A stretch of DNA of 62,088 bases, counting the filler, from Choristocarpus tenellus KU-1152 (taxonomy: Eukaryota; Protista; Phaeophyceae), in NCBI GenBank assembly GCA_964200185.2. It is 11 parts of 11 records of this genome, joined end to end, with 100 filler letters (N's around TTAATTAATTAA, not from the genome) between each part and the next. Parts side by side here need not be neighbours in the genome. Positions count along the whole stretch, not along the records: positions 53,278 to 55,911 come from CAXNAD020026096.1; positions 56,012 to 62,088 come from CAXNAD020008998.1; 9 more parts are not named here. One strand, 5' to 3'. A program made the translations under genes and the position numbers. Under the pieces are notes generated by a model. The model ran no database searches. It had not been told where the DNA came from and was given only the letters and a program-made list of their open reading frames with translations. Shown piece by piece: positions 53,584-62,088 of the stretch. The first letter of the stretch is position 1. Every line of letters begins with the position of its first letter.

Positions 53584-54683
53584 GTTCGAGATGTTCGCCG
53601 AAAGGTCATCAGACGCTCAAGGAAAGACCTGGATGAGCTAGAGAGGGGGGTACAGGCACGTCGACCTCTAGACATTGAGGTAAGTAGCACTACGAGATGG
53701 AAGCATATGCCTTTTTGTACGTCCTCTTCTTGGGCGTTGCAAGAATGGTCCATTTGTGATTTGAGAGAAAGTATCTTAGAGGGTACGAGTTTTGCCCTGT
53801 TTGTATACATTGTGAAAAGGTGTGTCCGGAACAAGGATATTGACACTTCCTAACAAACACAATGGCCAGAATTGCGTCAAAATAGCAAAATTGGATTTTG
53901 GTTCCCAAATGGACTCAGCTCTACCCTCTAAGATACTTTGACTCATTTGATAAGCAAATTCCCCTTGGATATGCCAAAGCTCAAATACTTAATTACGAAT
54001 TTATTAGCCATAAAACTAAATATAAAAACTATGATGTTTTATCCCCTGAGCTTTATCTTCTTGAAAAAGAAACAGACAAACTTTTTGATGGATATAGCAA
54101 GCTTACTGAGATTCTAAAGAAAGAAGTAGAGGCGGAAAGGGAAGCAGAGCATGAGACTTTACTATTAGAGCATCACAATAATGAGGAGATAAACCCTTTT
54201 GAATACGAAGAACAAGACTTGCGGATAAGTGAAATTAATCTAACTGACCAAGAATCTCTTGCTATTGATAGTGATTATACTGGTTTTTCTGCTGAGTTAA
54301 GTGGCAACTACTCGAGCACAAGCTACAGGGCTTAGGACAAAAGAACGACAAAAGATAATCACCAACAATTTTAAACAGTTCTGTGCTCGGGATCAGCAAT
54401 GAACAGGTCATTTACATCCCAGTAACAAAGAAGAATAAATGAATGTAGGATATGGTCTTGGACCGTTTTCCATTGCTTTTAGACTGAGATCATAATGACC
54501 AAAAGTGGAAATATCGGACCGGAACAAGCTTCAAGTATCAGCATTATGCTACTTTCCTTTCACCCCATCTACCTTCCAATCTCTCTGTACACAGATGACT
54601 GCCAGCTATGAGAAGCGTAGGGACAGGGAATTGGATGAGGCTTGGGAAGTTCGACAACTTGAAAAGGAACGGCAGAAGGAGAG
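53584..54683 (+). CDS. Unidentified charged/coiled-coil protein, two internal exons (53584-53679, 54595-54683)
   Basis: VRDVRRKVIRRSRKDLDELERGVQARRPLDIE|MTASYEKRRDRELDEAWEVRQLEKERQKE, with pyrimidine-rich acceptors, GTAAGT/GTTAGT donors and a phase-0 join. Confidence 0.65.
53763..53944 (+). mobile_element. MITE copy 5 (internally deleted, 182 bp), intronic
   Basis: TIRs GAGAGAAAGTATCTTAGAGGGTA ... TACCCTCTAAGATACTTTGACTC with a perfect TSD ATTT/ATTT. It lacks the ~75-bp segment containing the internal hairpin. Confidence 0.9.
53946..54335 (+). other. AT-rich stop-free ORF fragment (~129 codons) inside an intron; possibly of foreign (bacterial) origin
   Basis: FDKQIPLGYAKAQILNYEF...EHHNNEEINPFEYEEQ...SAELSGNYSSTSYRA*. 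Codons mostly end in A/T, unlike the flanking host exons. Confidence 0.45.
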
Positions 54684-56291
54684 GTTAGTTTACTCTACCC
54701 TAATCAGGCAACTATGTTTTGGGCTTTTGAGATCATTTTCGCCGCCATATTCAGTACTTCCTAGGTCAGTGGGTGTGGAAGTGTGCGAATGTGTGATCTC
54801 CCTCTTGCCACTGACCACCAAGCCATAAGGATCGGGGGAAAATGGGCAATGGAACACTAACGACACAGAGGACTCCGGCAGGAGCTGTAATCCTATTTCC
54901 TGTATTGGAATTTTTTTGTCAACGGATTCAAGCATCATACTTAGGACTATCTAGTAAATATGTTCCAGGTACAGGGTTACTAAGCACATGTATTAATCAT
55001 TCAGTAGGGACTATTGTGCTTACTTTCCTCCTGCTCTAGAATTGCACAGATTGCCTTTTGCATTATTTCATATCCGATGTCAATTTGTTGATGATAAGGA
55101 CTTATTTTGAGGATCAATACAATCTGGGGAAGTCAACAGCATGAAAGTTGCTCTGTCAGACATATAGTGTTTATTTCGAGGGAGCTCAGGGTGTTGAAGG
55201 GGATTTCAGGTGTGGAACACATGGCTCTCTGGAGCATAAATATGTTTAGACTGTGCTACACGATTAACATCACGATTGTAAGGAGGTCTACAAGCATTCC
55301 CTGACTCAGGTTTGAGTAAAGTAGTCATACGATGTCTGCAGGGGAACACAACACACCCAATCAGCAAGGGCTGTATCAATGCAATAAGAAGGATGGGAGA
55401 TAGAGCTTGAATGCCTACACAGAACCTCAGTTGCACAATGTTGAGTGTGATACAGAGGGTGAAGGACTCCGGGAAATTCTTCATATGTTTAGATAAACTT
55501 CCCCGTTTAGGCCCTCTGCGATAAACTAAGCTATTTTGTGAGTTGTCTTCTAGTTTTTGTTGCTCGATTTGTAGCCTGAAAGCATAAGGACCCGTTGTAA
55601 AGAAGGGGGAGTATGAGAATGCCAGCAGATACAGGTGGAGCAATAAACAGTAAGGGTTGGGGTGGGAATATCAGCAATAATTAGTGAAAAGTCAGTGGGG
55701 CAGGGGGGGAACAGCACTTACATAGATGTAATTTAAAAAATCACAAAGGAAAATCCCACAAGAGATACAGGATGGAGTGTGAATGATGTAGTGGAGAAGG
55801 TGCCACGTTCTGCTTACAAGCTTGCAAGTGAATTGAACATCCATGCCAATTCCCCACAAAAAAGGTAGTACAGTGATCTAGGAACATGTTCATAGGGTCA
55901 AAGTATCTGGGNNNNNNNNNNNNNNNNNNNNNNNNNNNNNNNNNNNNNNNNNNNNTTAATTAATTAANNNNNNNNNNNNNNNNNNNNNNNNNNNNNNNNN
56001 NNNNNNNNNNNGGGGGGGGGGGGGGGGGGGCGGGCGTGGGGGGGGGGGGGGAGGGGGGGACGGTTCGTTAGATTGTTCAAGTGGTTGACCACTGCCTTCG
56101 TAGCAGGTGACGTATCTTTCCAATGAATCTTTGGATATTATGGGCGATGTACTGTACTGTCTATGTGGCATCATATATTTATTTTGCCAGTAAATTTGAT
56201 ACCACAAAACAAAAGGAATATTGTACCAGTCACAGAACATACATCACACCAACAGCACACAAATCTTACACGCATAAACACGATTTCTCAC

Positions 56292-57098
56292 CGGAAAGTT
56301 GGTCTTGGTGGCGATCCTGGTCTCCCCTGCCTTCTCCCTGTTCACCAGTACCACACAGTAAGGGTCCCTACAGGCCGTGCCAAGAAAGGCAACGATGCCA
56401 CCCCCCAGAACAAGAACAGGAGCATGGAACACAACATTGAATGGGGGGAGAGACATATGTTTACAACAAAGACATTTTAGGATTGCAGGGGCAGGTATTG
56501 AGGTTCTTTTCTTGTTGAATGCACATATGGTAGGGGCATGGTATGGTGTGTGTCGATGAAGAGAGTGTGTGGGGGGGACTTTGGAGTGAGGGTTCGCTAC
56601 CCCAGAGGCCTGTTAACCCATCCCTCTTCTCTTTCCTATATGCTTGTAATCACGTCGGCAAAATTCGAAGCGACAATTAAGTTTCAAGACCAACGATCAA
56701 CCAGCACACCAAATGAGAAGGCATGACCACTACAGAGTAGGGAGGTCATCCTCAAGGGAGGATACCTTGGAGTGGGTGTGGTGGTCATGAATTAGGCACA
56801 CATCTCGTTGTGGGGGTACCATTACAACATTGTTTTGTAACATGTCAGCTCAAATACCCACCACAAATCTCTCGGCGCTGACCCCACCCCCGAACGCTGA
56901 ACAGCACTAACAGACATACAAAACTCGCGGTTCTGGGAACAGTCTACGCAGACAAACGAACACCAACATTGCATTCCGACGAGCCGACTTAGAAAGGATA
57001 TTCGAGACGCTGTGCACATCCAACACCCACCTTTCCCCCGTCGACAAGGGTCGGAGCCCCCTGGCCTCAAAGATATCGACCTTGAGGTCACCTCGCAT
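56292..57098 (-). CDS. C2-domain protein, first two exons (57098-57031, 56367-56292)
   Basis: Spliced translation MRGDLKVDIFEARGLRPLSTGER|DPYCVVLVNREKAGETRIATKTNFP matches the C2 consensus LxVxxxEARxL...DPYCxV...TxxxxxTxNP. Phase-2 join AG|GTGGGT...TAG|G. Confidence 0.88.
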
Positions 57099-57882
57099 AA
57101 GAAACTGATGCTGCTGCTGGTGAAACTGTGCACGACCGCCACCTCTTCTCTTCCTGGCATTGCCTCGAGCAGGAGACGGCCCCCCCTACAGCACGAACAG
57201 GGAGGATAATACACAAGCAATGTAAGAGGTGGGGCATTATGTTATCGGATCGGATGTTTAGTTGGAACGGCTGTTGTCGGAATGGATAGCTAGTCAGTCA
57301 CCATTGTCGTTGTTCTCCTGCCCATGAGAGACATTCTACAAGTCCCAGTGCGATAGAAGAAGATCACAGCGTTGTCCACGTGGTGTATTCTACCCCTAGG
57401 TAGAGATTCCAATTGTCATATTACTCGTGAAGCACATGTTGATCGATCACTAGGACTCACCACGAGACGGCTGAGCATAGTAGGGGTGTTGAAGGCCTAA
57501 TTGGCCCAACCTGTGTATCCTTTGTCCGTTGCCTTCCACCTTACTATGTTACACTCTAACCTCTTCCTCTGTCAAAGGCCAAGGGTAGAATGCAATGTCC
57601 AGCTCCAGAAATACTATCGGTCTTGCCAAGACAAAAGGGAGGATCTACCACTGGATTGTACCCGAAAACCGATCAACTGGGGGTACTATTGAAGTTCAGG
57701 GAAAGACGAACATACAAGAAACAAAGCAATCCTCCACCCACCCTCTACCCTGATTCTCCACTCTCATCCCCCGCCTCCCCCTCCAGTCCCGACGTCTAGA
57801 TTAATTGGCGTGAGGGTGTGGTGCGTACAAACGAATGTGTGTATGGAAATCGATCTTCAATGCGCCAAGTGTACAACACAAA

Positions 57883-57916
<34 letters not shown>

Positions 57917-60679
57917 TTTTGAATCATTATCTCTAATCCATCCTTTATTAGGGCGGCAAGACAATAATCACTGAAATTTCTGATTTGTATAGATAATGAG
58001 TAAAGCGGTATGATGTTACCATCGTACCGAAAATGGTACTATATATTTGGTATATATCGTAACTCAAAGAAAGGAAATATTTTAGAAGAAAAACAGTAGC
58101 AAGTAGAAAAACTTGGAATTACAGCTACATATATTTGATTTTAAATGTATTCCCTCAAAAACCTCCAATACTTTTTAGGAACAAGGTTTCCACACTTCAT
58201 GTTTTCCTCTTACTAAATATAAACACTAGAAACCCACCCATTATGACTGATGTCTTTATCTCGTACTATTAAACTCAACACCTTCACAGTCGAAATTCTT
58301 CGGCACGTCTCTTTAGTAGGCAAGGAGATTCCTCCAGGAGTTGGCCACCCATGTACAGTAAGGTCGAGATTCGTTTGAGACAGATAGTATGCACACAACT
58401 GAACAGACAGGCGCCTCTTCCGAGCGAGGTTTGTCGTGCATTTTAAGGTGGAAGCACTGAGCAGATGGGCACGATGGGGCCTAACAGATTCTTGGGATTC
58501 TTCTATCGGTCATTGACCACCTAGGTACAGGTAGACTGGAAGGATACCGTAAAACGTTCTGTAGAGAGCAATCTTCCACAAGGGCATTGTTGTATGGTAG
58601 TAGTACTACAATGTTGAAAGCAAAATTATCATTGTATTTGAATTACTTGTATTTTTGATCTTTCTATTTTTTCCTCCTCTTTAACACGTTTCAAAGTGGT
58701 GGTCAAACACGGTCCAAGGGGTCTGAAAATAACCATGTCCACACAGTAATTTTCGTTCCAGCAGCGTAGAACCTAAGGGATAAAAAATAACAATGTCCTT
58801 ACAACAAAGCGATCTGATAAGTTAATAACCATGTCGCCACGACGCCATGGTTATTAACATATATTATTATGCCCTCTGACATTTTGCAGATGTGTCAGAG
58901 GGAAAACAACTGAAAACTATATATAATATGTCAGTATAAGCCTAAAGAACTTATCAGGATCATTACGTCTTATGATTCTCTCCACTGTCTATAAATGTCA
59001 GTGGCCAAAATAACATACCGTTACAGTTACGCGTATGAAGTACCTCTTTTGAGGCATCAACCCAAACAAGAGAGATACCGGGTAGGTGGGACAAATTCTA
59101 TTGCCGTGTAAAGTTTAGGGGACGTTGAGTCAAAGCAATTGATAGGTAAGTGGGTTTTGGACCCTTTTGCATTCTAAGCCATTTTTTCTTCCCCCCCTGT
59201 GCAATACAGACTTTTATTGCTTTATGTACAGATTGGTGTAAGCAAAATTGGTATTCCCCCCTTCCACACAAAGCGACACCACAATCAAGTAAAGTCTATT
59301 CCTCCCATTGTAAAAAATTGTACTTTCCCCCCATTCTTGATATCATTGAAGTACAAACCCTCCCTGCCTCTCAATTACTTTTGCTCGGTTGTATAGTCAG
59401 TTTTTATATAGTCCAGAGTTTTCAAGAGGTATCCTTGCAATCGACAACAACTTTTGTATTCAACAGTTCTTGTATTGTTATTTTGGTCACGTTTTTTCCT
59501 CTCCTGATACGTCTGTAAAGTATTAGTGGACATAATATCATTTTTCAAAAATAGCTGAAGGTGTGGTCGAGCCTTGCAGTGTGGTGTGAAAGTCATTACC
59601 CGAATTTCACTTGGCATTGAGCACTTCGCCTACCTCAGTGCCTGTCAGTGATGGAATCAAACGCCCTTCCCAGGTTCACCCATTCGAAATAGTACTACAA
59701 GGTCAACGCGCGTGCACGCGCGCGCAAACACGCAAGAACAGCTCACATATACCTTCTACCACAATCCTGTCACTAATAAATTCTCTTCTTTTCTCCAACA
59801 AACACTGATATATCTTTAGTAGATATCGTACCTGCGTAGATATCGTACCTGCAAACGTGTCAATATAGTATACACCCTAACCAGGTTATATATTCCACCT
59901 TCAAACTCTTCAATTTTCGCCCTAAACCTAGCATTAGTTTCTTAATCACTACCTGGTTTTGAAATCTAATGCCCTTTCCATATATCGATCCATTCCTTAG
60001 TGATACTATGTCCAAAACACACTACTAACAGATAATGCTACCTCAAGTGTACCCCTTAGTTACTATACTACTAGGTAGTACAGCTAAACAGCTCCTGACT
60101 TACTGTACCAGGTTAGCTTAAACAGGGGAGAAACGTTCTACTTTCATATATGTATCGCAAGAAACTCTGCTGAAAACTAGATTTCGATTTGATATATTGG
60201 CACTTTGGGTATTATCCTACATGCACTCCTTGGTGACATGTGTGTAGACAAAATGAGACGTTTTCACTTGACTACGGGCAAACAATATATTGCAGAATAA
60301 GAGATTATAACGCTATATGGAAGTGCATTTCCAAATTCAGTATAATAGGATGCAAGCACATTAATGAGGTCACTTTTGTTTGTTTGTGATAGCATTATTT
60401 TTAGGGGTGTGTACAACTATTTTTTGAGCGTTCTGTCTTTCATAAGGCATTTAATGTCCCAGCGAGGTATCTAGGCTTGCATTAATTGCAACATTCAATT
60501 GAAAAGTTGTAACACGACAACATCTGGTGATACCTTGGAACGAAACTAGATTTTAAAGATTATATTGTTAGAAGTGAGTCTAAGTAAGCAAGAGGTACCC
60601 AGAGTTGCATTTTAAGCAAATGTCCAAAATTTGTTTTTTTACAAGTGCTCCCTGTTGAGTTTAAACTCACTGCCAGCAG

Positions 60680-61720
60680 ATCACTAGGGAGACGGGAGAC
60701 CCTATTGAACAGGTGCCCGGTGACTTGTTTCAGAGGTAAAAGGTAGACACCAGACATGTACGTACCTGCTCTAGGGCTGGAGAATAGGTTCGTCAACACA
60801 CACCGACAGTGAAACGTCTAGGTCAACTTTGCAAGGGAAAGGCATCCCTTGCACTATGGAGGATGGTTGCTCATTTACAGTAGATAGGAATTTCCGTATG
60901 GATCTGAGTCAAAGTATCTTAGAGGGTAGAGCCACGTCCATTTGGGGGCAAAAATCCAATGTTGCGATTTTGATATAGTTTTGACTATCGTGTTTGTTAG
61001 GGAGTGTCAATATCCTTGTTCCGGACATACCTTTTCATAACGTATACATTTGATCTACTCCGAAACATGTTGGAGTAGGAAAATGCCATAAAAATTCTGT
61101 GGGAAGCCAAACCCCAAACGGACAAACAGGGCAAAACTTGTACCCTCTAGGGTACTTTGACTCTCTGGTCTTCCTTGCGAGGGCACTTATGGAGACCGGA
61201 TCAGCTCCCTGCCAAGATAAAGACTTCCTCCTTGATGCTACGTTTGCAGAAGTGCAAGCGACCTCCCACCTATCTCACTCATCCACCAGCAATGGTATAG
61301 CTGCTGTTACAGCTGAGGCGCAAAAGTGCACCCACTACGAGGGCTCTTTTGACCCTTGTAGTTATAACTTCAACAACTTTGTGGTGGAAAGTTTTGGGCA
61401 CCTCGGTAAGCAAGCGGAAATTTTTCTGAATAAGCTAGCTACGCACGCAGTAGGGGGGAGAGGGACAAGAGGCTATATCAAAAAAGGGGCGGTCAAATCC
61501 TGTCTACAACTGATGGTCTCAGTCGCAATGCAAGTATGTCTATCTCAACGTGTCATTCATTTTAAGCTTGACAAACCAAGGAGATGGGCAAGGAGGGGGT
61601 TGTTAGAAGATTCTTGGGATGCTTCCCTAGCTCCTCACACTGGAATGCAGGACTAAGCTAGGTTGGAAGCACAGCAAGGCAGTGGCACAGCATAGATAGG
61701 TGGTAAAAATAATAGTAAAT
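60680..61720 (+). mobile_element. Decayed 3' fragment of a CRE/R2-superfamily non-LTR retrotransposon (zinc knuckle plus restriction-like endonuclease), interrupted by MITE copy 6
   Basis: RCPVTC..DTRHVRTCSRAG..QH (zinc knuckle), then RMDL|VF...LLDATFAEVQA...AAVTAEAQKCTHY...FVVESFGHLGKQAEIFLNKLA, the canonical RLE signature. Stops and frameshifts occur upstream of the MITE. Confidence 0.85.
60906..61163 (-). mobile_element. MITE copy 6 (reverse orientation), nested in the RLE retroelement
   Basis: TIRs GAGTCAAAGTATCTTAGAGGGTA ... TACCCTCTAGGGTACTTTGACTC. Flanks (A)TCT / TCT. Confidence 0.92.
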
Positions 61721-62088
61721 AGATCTATGTCTTGCACATTTTACGATAACTGTTACTTTTTTAGGGATTTTTCTACCATGTAAATTGTTGTTGTTTTGCT
61801 CAACGAACTCTGGGTTATTATTATTTTTTTCCTTGTTTGCAATTCACTTATTCCCCTTTCCTTCCCCATCTACCCCCACTTCTGACCAGCCCAGTGCGAC
61901 CTCTTCGCCACTGGTTTCCTATTTACCCCCCACCTCTAATAATGTCCAACCAGTGCGAACCTCCTTCGTCACTGATTTCCAGTCACCCCTCCACATCTGT
62001 TGACCAACCATTGCGACCCCTTTGCAATTGATTTCCAGTCACCCCCCCCACCCTTCAACCCCACTCAAGTTACCACTCCCCCCAACCC

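Noticed and set aside
53424-53908. ORFs 53424-53846, 53512-53853 and 53690-53908
   Set aside because: They are chimeras of a host exon, intron and MITE sequence, or their antisense frames.
8715-56011. Recurrent TTAATTAATTAA palindrome flanked by Ns
   Set aside because: It is an artificial six-frame-stop spacer. It also rules out reading the gene set as a cluster or operon.
61099-61656. 185-aa ORF as an intact gene
   Set aside because: Its N-terminus comes from the MITE and the rest is a decayed retroelement endonuclease.

Overview
This is intron-rich eukaryotic nuclear DNA, not prokaryotic. Long introns, short exons, interstitial TTAGGG and a brown-algal-type RLE retroelement suggest a brown alga or related ochrophyte (inference). 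The window is an artificial concatenation of 11 short contigs joined by ten 100-nt N44-TTAATTAATTAA-N44 spacers, so neighbourhood across spacers is not biological. Partial spliced genes reconstructed by hand with phase-consistent junctions are: LUC7-like splicing factor, organellar ribosomal protein bS18, NOG2/GNL2 GTPase, YebC/TACO1, an S53 sedolisin/TPP1-like peptidase, a C2-domain protein, and four unidentified proteins. A GC-rich ORF encodes a ParB/Sulfiredoxin-like domain. Mobile DNA includes six copies of a ~260-bp MITE with GAG...CTC termini and 4-bp target duplications (Sola-like), ends of a sister family at contig breaks, a decayed CRE-type RLE retrotransposon split by one MITE, and other decayed coding remnants. 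The most interesting points are the ParB-like ORF, the MITE family, a ~175-aa Cys-rich insertion in the S53 catalytic domain, a high share of AAG splice acceptors (8 of 26 inferred), and an AT-rich bacterial-looking ORF inside an intron. I found no complete multi-gene novel system.
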